DNA from: Macrostomum lignano
Taxonomy: Eukaryota
Assembly: GCA_002269645.1 (NCBI GenBank)
Contig: NIVC01000130.1
Location: forward strand, 310,001 to 374,000
DNA length: 64,000 nucleotides
Direction of reading: 5' to 3'
Below, piece after piece: positions 13,361-24,455 of this stretch. A model generated the notes under the pieces. The model had not been told where the DNA came from. It did no database searches and saw nothing but the letters and a program-made list of their open reading frames with translations. The translations under genes and the position numbers were made by a program. The number at the start of each line of letters is the position of its first letter. Position 1 is the stretch's first letter.

Positions 13361-15371
13361 CAATTTCCCTCAGTTCCTTCGCATTCGCGCAGCCCCCATT
13401 TCCTGAGTTACCATTTCTGTTTCGCCATGTAACTTCAACCATTTAGTACTTCTCGGCCCCACACCACACCCAGTGACCCAGTCTCTTAGTCTTACTTACC
13501 TCGAGAGTAGTGTGTCTATCAACATGTTCTGGAATATACGTTATCAGACATCAGTATATATATTCTAGAACTGTCTTAGTTCCGCACGGATAAAATCTAA
13601 TATAGTACTATGACAATATAAAAGCTATAATCTATTTAAACTTAATAAGCTATTTCTGTAATTTAAGCCAAATTAAGAAAACGACCGATCGATATCACAA
13701 TTTTGCTGCTTACCTTGTTTCTTTTGCACTCGATGTGACCTCAATCGCGATTTATCCATGAGAATAATCATAGAGACTGCGAGTCCATAAAACAGTATAA
13801 TTTTTTACCAGTAGCTTTGTTTTGCTCTCTTAGGCGCGGCGTGGGATATTAAAACCAGTTCGATACAGCAGATTTTAGCTCCAAACTGAAAGCAGCTTTG
13901 AATTAAAAATGCAACGCAACTCCAACGTGGCAAAACTGTTTTTAGAACACGGCTTCACTGCTGCCGGTGCTTGTGCTGCGTTATTTGTATAGTTCCACGG
14001 CAGAGAGAGATCTTTTTAACTATATGCTTTACACTCATCTAGAATAATCTAGACCCAATGTACACTCAGTGTTTTGTACACTGGCTATATGTACACTTAG
14101 ACCCCTCCCCATTCCCGACCCACGGCGGAGGCGAGAGGTTTCCGATTGAAAAGAATGTACATTTTGAAAAAACCCTAACCCAGGTTTAGCTAGCGTCGAA
14201 GTTCCCTTTCGCTGACTAATAGCTAAACATAAAGCTAAACTGGTACAGGGTAGGCTATACGATTCTCGTATGAAGACAGAAGAATAGCTAATAACCTCTG
14301 CGATATAAAACTATATTAAAGAAACAAACTAAAGCAAGGATGTTATGCCTCAATTAAATTAATGTACACTCCTGAGTCCTGATACAATGAGAGTAATTCT
14401 GGTTAGATTTTGCGAAATTTTAATCTAATACATGTAAATCATAGATGAAACAAACTGGTTTATAACGGAAGCGCAGATCTTGTTTAACTTAAATGAATCT
14501 GAGAGTCTGGTTTAACTAACTACTCACCGTCTGACATGGCCTTGAACGCAATACACTGTAATCTATGGTTTCATTGTCTAGCAATTTGACGATCATAATT
14601 CACACTTTTAATGCAGAAAAATCCATTACTACAAGCAACGCATTATCTGTAGGATCGTCAAACAGAAAAACAATGCAAATAATCAGTGGTCGCAGCACGT
14701 GACAACGATTGTCTGGCGAGCGCCGGTATAATTTCATAATTATGTATTCCCCTTGACTAAAGATCAGATACGCTGTATTATATCCTTGTTTTTAATCGTT
14801 TTTAATCCTTGTCAGGCAGGAGCCATCAATTTCAAGAAAAAAATATTTTGCGTCTTTACTTGTGCCTGTGCGCGTGACACCCACGACCCGCTATTGGCCA
14901 CCTCTCACCCTCCCTCACCTTCTCTTCTCTTTAATTGCGATAAACAGTGACATACACTGAAGAAGTCTATATACTAGTATATAGATAAGTAGGAGCTATA
15001 GAGAACAATCCCCTCCCTCTACTTTTCTGTTCGAACGAAGTTCGAGCGTACCAAACAAATAATGCATGGTTTACTGTTTTCTATCCAAATCTTTGTAGAT
15101 AGACCAGCAGTGTTTTTTTAATGGAAACTAACTTCTGCTTGTGATTGTCTGTCTGGACCTGTGTTTGCTTCTTGGTCTGATAAACAATTACAAGGTTCTG
15201 ACTATCAATTTTTAATTGATTAGATTTTAATATATGTATGATCTTTAATGGTAGCGCTTGTGCACCATTAGTAAGAAAATAATGTGAGGCTTATATTCAT
15301 GTTAGCCCCTGTTAGCAACCAAAGCCTATGGTTGCCTATGGCGAAGCCAGGGATAGGGGAAAAAGGGGTCA

Positions 15372-16000
15372 CAGTTGGCGCTCCTGGTGCTGGCGCCCCT
15401 GGTGCTAAAGCCCCTGGTGCTGGCGCCCCTGGTGCTGGCGCCCCTGGTGCTGGCGCCCCTGGTGCTGGCGCCCCTGGTGCTGGCGCCCCTGGTGCTGGCG
15501 CCCCTGGTGCTGGCGCCCCTGGTGCTGGCGCCCCTGGTGCTGGCGCCCCTGGTGCTGGCGCCCTTGGTGCTGGCGCCCCTGGTGCTGGCGCCCCTGGTGC
15601 TGGCGCCCCTGGTGCTGGCGCCCCTGGTGCTGGCGCCCCTGGTGCTGGCGCCCCTGGTGCTGGCGCCCCTGGTGCTGGCGCCCCTGGTGCTGGCGCCCCT
15701 GGTGCTGGCGCCCCTGGTGCTGGCGCCCCTGGTGCTGGCGCCCCTGGTGCTGGCGCCCCTGGTGCTGGCGCCCCTGGTGCTGGCGCCCCTGGTGCTGGCG
15801 CCCCTGGTGCTGGCGCCCCTGGTGCTGGCGCCCCTGGTGCTGGCGCCCCTGGTGCTGGCGCCCCTGGTGCTGGCGCCCCTGGTGCTGGCGCCCCTGGTGC
15901 TAAAGCCCCTGGTGCTAAAGCCCCTGGTGCTAAAGCCCCTGTTGCTAAAGCCCCTGGTGCTAAAGCCCCTGGTGCTAAAGCCCCTGGTGCTGGCGCCCTG
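15372..16000. repeat. 15-bp GC-rich minisatellite (same core as 6934-7592)
   Basis: Unit GGTGCTGGCGCCCCT, with GGTGCTAAAGCCCCT variants at the ends. Confidence 0.97.
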
Positions 16001-17322
16001 GTGCAAAAGCTCCTAATGGTTACCAGAAAGGCCTAGTTGATGGGTCACGGCCGTCTCATTCAAGTGCTTAATTTGGTGTCAGAGTGTTTAATAAAAACCA
16101 TTCCGACTTCGGTTGCATCTTGCATCTCTCACTTGATCATACTTGTACATGGAACTAAATTAGTTAGTTTTTTAGCAATAATAGTTGCATATATGATGCG
16201 ATCATTTTCAATTTATTTTCCACATTACCAGGCAACGTGTTGATGTTTTATTCCGTCCAGGAAAAAGTATTGAAAAAGTTTTAAAGCATTCATGAAAGCT
16301 CAGTTGGCTTGACTGGAATACTTTTTTACAGTCTGCCTGGGCAGTGAAAATGCTTGGATAAATGCAATGCTGTTTGGTTACTTACTATGTTACAATTTTA
16401 CGACTGCTAATCCTGCGGCGTGTGTGCTGACCCTGGGTTGGAGTCATAAAAAGGTTAATTTTTTCATATGCAGAATTATTTTTAGATTCTAGACCGGTAT
16501 AGTGTTTGATTTTCTTAAAATGAAAGACAAAAATAGTTTTGGTACCTTAATACACAGCCATGAGAGACTGACTGGCCCACCTTCTCATAAAACTGCTGCT
16601 CTCCATCCTACCGAATTGTGTTCTCTTGTGCCTCTCGTGCAGTCTGTTATTTAAGTGCACAGCTCCTTCTAGCTGCACAGCTTTCAGCCTACGCACATTT
16701 TGCCCAACCCTATCATCAGTGCTATAATAGGGTTCTATGTACACTCGTTCTCTACTGTACTAAAGCAAAGCCTCCGTTTATTATTGCGGCTGAACTTTTT
16801 GCAAGTTCCACATTTCGTTGTACACCATGGAGCTTGGAGCCTGTTAGATAGCGCCTCTTGGTTTCAAACTGAAGTACCTTATTTATTCACGTGCCTAACT
16901 AATTCACGTCTCCAGGGGTGCAAACTTTGCTGATTGACGGCCAGTGTGTGTGTGGGGGGGGGGGCGTTGTTGGGCATTTTTGACATGGCATATTGATGAG
17001 TTGGGTTGCGTGTGGTAAGTCAGGACTTATTCATTTGAATAACTTCACATGCATGTAGCTGGAGACAGTGCCTATACAGATATAAATCTAAGACAGGGTT
17101 TAAAGTGCAAGCAAAGGTCTGGAAAATATAACTTCATGTACCTTAGTTGTCGTTCTTCATTGAACCCCCTCCCCCTTGACAAACCTTGATATCCTCCGTG
17201 ACAATTCCTAATTGTGTCTTGTATTCTTCCGTGTCAAGAGCGGCCATGCAGCGATCGCTTGGAAAAGCAAGCTGGTTTCTGCTATACGGCGAGTAACGTG
17301 CAGGCCATCGCAGAACACGATG

Positions 17323-18400
17323 GCACAAACAGATGACACAAACGATGACACAAACGATGACACAAACGATGACACAAACGATGACACAAACGATGACACA
17401 AACGATGACACAAACGATGACACAAACGATGACACAAACGATGACACAAACGATGACACAAACGATGACACAAACGATGACACAAACGATGACACAAACA
17501 GATGACACAAACGATGACACAAACGATGACACAAACGATGACACAAACGATGACACAAACGATGACACAAACGATGACACAAACGATGACACAAACGATG
17601 ACACAAACGATGACACAAACGATGACACAAACGATGACACAAACGATGACACAAACGATGACACAAACGATGACACAAACGATGACACAAACGATGACAC
17701 AAACGATGACACAAACGATGACACAAACGATGACACAAACAGATGACACAAACGATGACACAAACGATGACACAAACGATGACACAAACGATGACACAAA
17801 CGATGACACAAACGATGACACAAACGATGACACAAACGATGACACAAACGATGACACAAACGATGACACAAACGATGACACAAACGATGACACAAACGAT
17901 GACACAAACGATGACACAAACAGATGACACAAACGATGACACAAACGATGACACAAACAGATGACACAAACGATGACACAAACGATGACACAAACGATGG
18001 CAACACACGATGGCACACACGATGACACACGATGACACACGATGGCACACACGATGACACAAACGATGGCACACACGATGGCATACACGATGACACACGA
18101 TGGCACACACGATGACACACACGATGACACACACGATGTCACACACGATGGCACACACGATGGCATACACGATGACACACGATGGCACACACGATGACAC
18201 ACACGATGACACACACGATGTCACACACGATGGCACACACGATGACACACACGATGGCACACACGATGGTACACACGATGGTACACACGATGGCACACAT
18301 GATGGAACACACGATGGCACACACGATGGCACACACGATGGCACCAAAACGAGGACACACATGATGACACGAACGATGACACCCCAGGATGACACCCACA
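17323..18400. repeat. 12-bp minisatellite grading into a degenerate variant
   Basis: ACGATGACACAA homogeneous to ~18000, then ACGATG(A/G)CACAC. Confidence 0.95.
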
Positions 18401-18404
18401 ATGA

Positions 18405-18785
18405 CTGCTACCAGAGGGCGGTGTTTGTTCCAGGCGTCAGTCTTGCTCTATATCACCGAGACTGGACGCTGACGGACTCACTCGAGCAGCACGTTGACGC
18501 GACGCACGCTGGCCTGTTTCACGCCGCCTTCAAGATCGTTGACGAGCATGCCACCACGGCCAATGCAGCACTCCATCGCCGCGTTGGTCTGGTCCGTCCA
18601 AACGACCTGTTGCACCGTCGAGGACTCCAGCTGGCAGGGCCACATCATCGAAATTCGTACTGCCCACAGTGCAGGTACCGCTGTTGACGCTGCAGGCACC
18701 CTACCGGCGAGGACAGGTGCGCACTCGACGTTTCGTCGACTCCCTGCTGGTGGACGCTGCCACGGTCTGTGTCAGGATTACATGT
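18405..18785 (+). mobile_element. Decayed 3' fragment of an RTE-like non-LTR retrotransposon ORF2
   Basis: Frameshifted translation ...LYHRDWTLTDSLEQHVDATHAGLFHAAF...LHRRGLQLAG/HII...SYCPQ/VQVPLLTLQAPYRRGQVRTRRFVDSLLVDA matches the recalled post-RT motifs ETWTL and RRLxxAGHxxR of RTE-type LINEs. Confidence 0.7.
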
Positions 18786-19857
18786 AAGTTCAGGATCAAG
18801 CCCTGTGACGCTGTTATGATTATTTAGACCTTACCTGACATCCTACTGTTTTTTGTTGTTATTGCTGTGACGGCCCTGAACCTTTCCGTGACAACCCAAG
18901 CAACCCTGATGTCCCCCATGGCCGTCCTTGACAACCTTGAATGTCTTCCATAGCGCTTGAAAACCGTGATGTCGTCTGTGGTGCCCTCGAAAACCGGAGG
19001 TTCTCCGTTCTCCATGGCATCCTTGATGTCCTCCGTGGCGCCCTTGACAACTCAAATTTCCCACATGGCATCCTTAACAACCCGAGGTCCTCTGTGACGT
19101 CCTTGATTCACCCGTGGCGTCCCTGGCAGGAATCCTGATTCTTCTTCCATTACAACCCTGGAGTCTTCCGTGGCGTCCCTGGCAACTCTTACATGTACGT
19201 CCGATCTGCAATGTCCTCAATGGTCGGCTTCCCTGAACAGCTAAGCGACAAGTTGACAATTGCTACGAGCTAAAAGAAACAAAATCTTTTTATTTAATAT
19301 TGATACATAACTATAACACGTCCGACTAATAGATGTATTTCGATTGCTTTTCCTAACTCAGATTTGGTACTGAAGAAATATACTACTCTTAGTAATATAA
19401 CTAAGAAATTCCAACTAACTAAATTCGGATATTCAACAGAGTTCGAATTGTTAGCAAAATTCAAAAGTCCTGCCAATCATATTTTCGTCTGCTCTTGCAT
19501 TGCAGATCCTTCCTATTTTCTCAACCATAACTGCACCTGTCTTGGCTGTCTAGGAGTGTAACAATTCCTGTGACGAATGCTGACAAAAATTTCAGCAGCT
19601 AAGACTGAGAGAGGAAACTATAATACTCAGCAACATTGAAAAGCCGCCATCACAGAAGATTCCGTCTGTGGTCGCCACTTTTGAGAGTGCAGGTAAAGTC
19701 TCAATCTTGCGAGTGACGCAAATTAGCTACGCCACGCGGCAGACTTGAGTTGAGGAATGAACTGGGGGGAGCGGGTGTGCGAGGGTTGGACGGATTAAAG
19801 CTACCCTGATCAGTTTTCTCGTATCTTTTATTTCAAGCCGGTCTTTACCAGCCCTAA

Positions 19858-20812
19858 ATGTCACTCCATGGCATCCTTAGCAACCCCGATGATGTCACTC
19901 CTTGTCCATGGCATCCTTAGCAACCCCGATGTCACTCCATGTCCATGGCATCCTTAGCAACCCCGATGTCACTCCATGTCCATGGCATCCTTAGCAACCC
20001 CGATGATGTCACTCCTTGTCCATGGCATCCTTAGCAACCCCGATGATGTCACTCCATGTCCATGGCATCCTTAGCAACCCCGATGTCACTCCATGTCCAT
20101 GGCATCCTTAGCAACCCCGATGATGTCACTCCTTGTCCATGGCATCCTTAGCAACCCCGATGTCACTCCATGTCCATGGCATCCTTAGCAACCCCGATGT
20201 CACTCCATGTCCATGGCATCCTTAGCAACCCCGATGATGTCACTCCTTGTCCATGGCATCCTTAGCAACCCCGATGTCACTCCATGTCCATGGCATCCTT
20301 AGCAACCCCGATGATGTCACTCCATGTCCATGGCATCCTTAGCAACCCCGATGTCACTCCATGTCCATGGCATCCTTAGCAACCCCGATGATGTCACTCC
20401 ATGTCCATGGCATCCTTAGCAACCCCGATGTCACTCCATGTCCATGGCATCCTTAGCAACCCCGATGATGTCACTCCATGTCCATGGCATCCTTAGCAAC
20501 CCCGATGTCACTCCATGCCCATGGCATCCTTAGCAACCCCGATGATGTCACTCCATGTCCATGGCATCCTTAGCAACCCCGATGTCACTCCATGCCCATG
20601 GCATCCTTAGCAACCCCGATGATGTCACTCCATGTCCATGGCATCCTTGGCCTTAGCAACCCCGATGATGTCACTCCATGTCCATGGCATCCTTAGCAAC
20701 CCCGATGATGTCACTCCATGTCCATGGCATCCTTAGCAACCCCGATGTCACTCCATGTCCATGGCATCCTTAGCAACCCCGATGTCACTCCAGGGCGTCG
20801 CTAGCAACCATG
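19858..20812. repeat. 37/40-bp minisatellite
   Basis: Unit ATGGCATCCTTAGCAACCCCGATG(ATG)TCACTCCATGTCC; a related degenerate motif occurs at 18850-19190. Confidence 0.95.
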
Positions 20813-21158
20813 ATGATCATATAGTAACCCCTGATCTGTAGATCCGTTAGTCCATTCCGTGGCTTCGAATGCAATTATCGTATGTCGGTAACAGATTAAT
20901 TCATTTCCGAAAAATACGACAGAAAATGAAGTATTGAATCACTTTGTTTGTTTTGTCAATTTTTGATAAAATGTGAAGAAAATAATTAAATAAATCAATG
21001 ACTGTTTATTGATAAATAGTGACTAAAAATCAGGCGACTTCAAACGCGTTAATAAACTGTCAAAGAAACCGCAAATCAAAACAAGAAAAATGATTCTTCT
21101 CTTTCAGACCGTCGTCAGAAAAGCACCAAAAATAAAATAAACGGTTACTAAGCTACTA

Positions 21159-23823
21159 TTAGTAGTCAGAATCCACATCGCGACAGAAGCCATCCTCTCG
21201 AATGTAGCTTAATTCTTTCCCAGACTGGGTCACCATGGAGCCAAGGGCCCCCGTGTGGCCGGTGCGAAATGCTCGCAGCTTCAGCGAGGACGCAAACTCC
21301 GTCTGAAGTTGAGCAGAAGGGGGTTGGCCGGGATTGCTTGGTGAGACTTCAGCGACTTTTAACGTATTTAAAGTGCAAATGAATCCAATATTTGTCGTAG
21401 TTTAGTTATCAGATAAAATAACCACTCTCCCGTCTCCAACTCTCCTCTCTACCTCTCCCTCTCACCTCTCCTCTCTCCCTCTACCTCTCTCCTCTCCTCT
21501 CTGCCTCTCCCTCCCTCCTCTCCTCTCTACCTCTCCTCTCTACCTCTCTCCTCTCTACCTCTCCTCTCTACCTCTCTCCTCTCTTCTCTCCCTGTCCTAC
21601 TCTAACCTCTACTTTCCCCATTCCTCTCTCTAATTCTTCCCACTCTCCTCTATCTCTCCCAATCTCCTTTCTACTTTCTCCCACTCTCCTATCTATCGCT
21701 CCCAATCTCCTCTTAACCTCTCCCACTCTCCTCTCTATCTCTCCCAATCTCCTTTCTACTTCTCCCACTCTCCTCTCTATCTCTCCCAATCTCCTTTCTA
21801 CTTCTCCCACTCTCCTCTATCTCTCCCAATCTCCTTTCTACTTCTCCCACTCTCCTATCTATCGCTCCCATCTCCTCTTAACCTCTCCCACTCTCCTCTC
21901 TACCTCTCCCTCTCTCCTCTCTCAACCTCTTCTACTATCCTCTCTCAACCTCTCCCACTCTCCTATCTATCGTTCCCAATCTCCTCTCTACCTCTCCCAC
22001 TCTCCTCTCTACCCCCCACTCTTCCTCTATCTTTCCACTCTCTTCCCTCTACTATACTCGTAAATATTTCACCTCTTTTACATGCTTCCAAAATGTTTCC
22101 AAAGTCATACGACGCAACCTCGATGACCAAAGAGCCATTTTAAAACTCACCCCAAGCAGTCTTTGTCTCAGATTGAAGGCAAAAAGTTCTCTGAGCACTT
22201 TTGCGCGCCAGAAATTACAGCCTAAATAGACTCGAGCAATCCCGCTTGTCCTGATGCCGTGATCCACGAAATATGCGCTCCAACGGGCAAACCAGCTGGC
22301 TAGGCGGAGCGCCTTCTGTTCTCTGGTGAGTCCGTCTGGGGATGGGAAGATGCAGATTGAAATAGGAAAAAGTCTGATTCATTTAGATTTAGGGAAATTT
22401 TGATTGGGATTTCGATTGATTTCCATAGGGATTTGAGTTGATTCTAATTGGGATTCAGGCAGATTTTAAATGGGATTTGGGGTGGTTGTAATTGGGATTT
22501 GGGGTGATTCTAATTGGGATTTGGGGTGATTTCAATTTGGATTTGGGGTGATTTCAATTTGGATTTGGGGTGATTTCAATTAGGATTTGGGGTGATTCTA
22601 ATTGGGATTTGGGGTGATTCTAATTGGGATTTGGGGTGACTTCAATTAGGATTTGGGGTGATTCTAATTGGGATTTGGAGTGATTTCAATTAGGATTTGG
22701 GGTGATTCTAATTGGGATTTGGGGTGACTCTAATTGGGATTTGGGGTGATTCTAATTGGGATTTGGGGTGACTCTAATTGGGATTTGGGGTGACTTCAAT
22801 TAGGATTTGGGGTGATTCTAATTGGGATTTGGGGTGATTCTAATTGGGATTTGGGGTGGTTTCAATTACGATTTGGGGTGATTCTAATTGGGATTTGGGG
22901 TGACTTCAATTACGATTTGGAGTGATTTCGATTAGGATTTGGAGTGATTTCAATTATAATTTGGGGTGATTCTAATTGGGATTTGGGGTGATTCTAATTG
23001 GGATTTGGGGTGATTCTAATTGGGACTTGGGGTGATTCTAATTGGGACTTGGGGTGATTCTAATTGGGATTTGGGGTGACTTCAATTAGGATTTGGGGTG
23101 ATTCTAATTGGGATTTGGGGTGATTCTAATTGGGATTTGGGGTGATTCTAATTGGGATTTGGGGTGATTCTAATTGGGATTTGGGGTGATTCTAATTGGG
23201 ATTTGGGGTGATTCTAATTGGGATTTGGGGTGGTTTCAATTACGATTTGGGGTGATTCTAATTGGGATTTGGGGTGGTTTCAATTACGATTTGGAGTGAT
23301 TTCGATTAGGATTTGGAGTGATTTCAATTATAATTTGGGGTGATTCTAATTGGGATTTGGGGTGATTCTAATTGGCATTTGGGCTGAGTCTAAATGGGAT
23401 TCGGGCTGATTCTAATTGGGAGTTGGGCTGATTCTAAATGGGATTTGGGTGATTATAATTGGGATTTGGGTGATTATAATTGGGATTTGGGTGATTATAA
23501 TTGGGATTTTTTGCGCCAATAAATTGAAATTGGAGTGATTTTCATTGATGTGGAATGACCGCTCACCCAGCTGCTCGGGCCGCATGTCAAAGTCCCCGAG
23601 CCGACTGTCCAGAGCTTCGATGGGCCCCGCCCGCTCCGCCAGCCCCGTGATCTCATCATAGTCGCTGGTGCCCAGCACCAGGGCGCTTAGCCCGAGGAAT
23701 GCTTTGCCACCGTGCATCATGATGTGGTCCTGGCACTTGCTGCCGTCCGGGTACAGCTGGGTGGGTGGATTAGATAGATTAGATTCGATAGATGGATGGA
23801 TAGATAGATAGATAGATAGATAT

Positions 23824-23878
<55 letters not shown>

Positions 23879-24455
23879 CTAAGACAGACAGACAGACAGA
23901 CAGACAGCCCTCACTAACCAGAGTCAGTCCGTTTCCCGACCCTGAGAACACATATAGAGCAGGCAGGGGCACATCTTCATCCAGCGGTGTCAGAAAGTCG
24001 TCGTCATAGAAAACCTCGGCAGCTGGGGCCTGCTTGATCAGCCAGATGCAGCCACGGGCTTGGCCAACTAGTTCGTCAACAAAAATCGGTTGTTGCACCC
24101 GAAGTTTGTCGCAGATTTTCTCTTGGTGCAGGGCAGAACCGCCGCCAGTGAGGGCGATGGTTCGAGTCCCACGTTCAGGGTCAGCGGGCAGTGTGTCGGC
24201 AAGCCAGTCCAACACTGCATCGAATTCGCTATTTTTGGCCAGGGCAAATGTAATTTTGAACTTGTCAGTTGATTGCTGTTTTGATGGCAGCTGCACTATT
24301 ACAATCTTAGTTGATGAGCATCCTCTATCCAGTGAGCAGAGACAATTGAGCTCACCAAGTAGCTCAATAGGGAGCTGAATTTCCAGTTGAGTTTGAATCA
24401 GCATTGTTTGGTCTGTTCCAATCAATGCGCAAAAAGGGTAGAATTTTAGTTTCAT
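21159..24455 (-). CDS. Divergent type II (fumble) pantothenate kinase-fold protein (4 exons, ~351 aa)
   Basis: Exons 24455-23919, 23756-23567, 22335-22151, 21302-21159 join in frame (1056 nt) with strong donors GTTAGT/GTGAGC/GTGAGT. Motifs in PanK order: LDRGCSSTK, LTGGG, VDEL, PALYVFSGSG, GGKAFLGL, RVYLGCNFWR, GHTGALGS. The start codon is uncertain (24455 or 24404). Confidence 0.85.
21425..22052. repeat. CT-rich low-complexity tandem repeat in PanK-like intron 3
   Basis: Polypyrimidine tract with recurring CTCTCCCAATCTCCTTTCTACTTCTCCCACT. Confidence 0.85.
22400..23510. repeat. 22-bp minisatellite filling PanK-like intron 2
   Basis: Unit TTGGGGTGATTCTAATTGGGAT. Confidence 0.95.
23770..23907. 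repeat. (GATA)n/(GACA)n microsatellite forming most of PanK-like intron 1
   Basis: Directly visible; keeps the ORF-track frame open across the intron. Confidence 0.95.

Noticed and set aside
15284-16036. (GAGAP)n 250-aa ORF resembling a silk or elastin-like protein
   Set aside because: Synonymous sites are invariant and the same core occurs as a 17-bp array nearby, so it is DNA-level repetition
16690-16725. CTGATGA on the minus strand, a hammerhead-like core
   Set aside because: No pairing stem II and no GAAA
16547-17290. Exon-like minus-strand segments (e.g. RRLKAVQLEGAVHL...) considered as the PanK C-terminus
   Set aside because: The PanK model is complete at 21159; these segments could not be joined convincingly and remain unresolved
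23412-24455. Single 347-aa ORF in the track
   Set aside because: It reads through a microsatellite intron and into a satellite; replaced by the four-exon model
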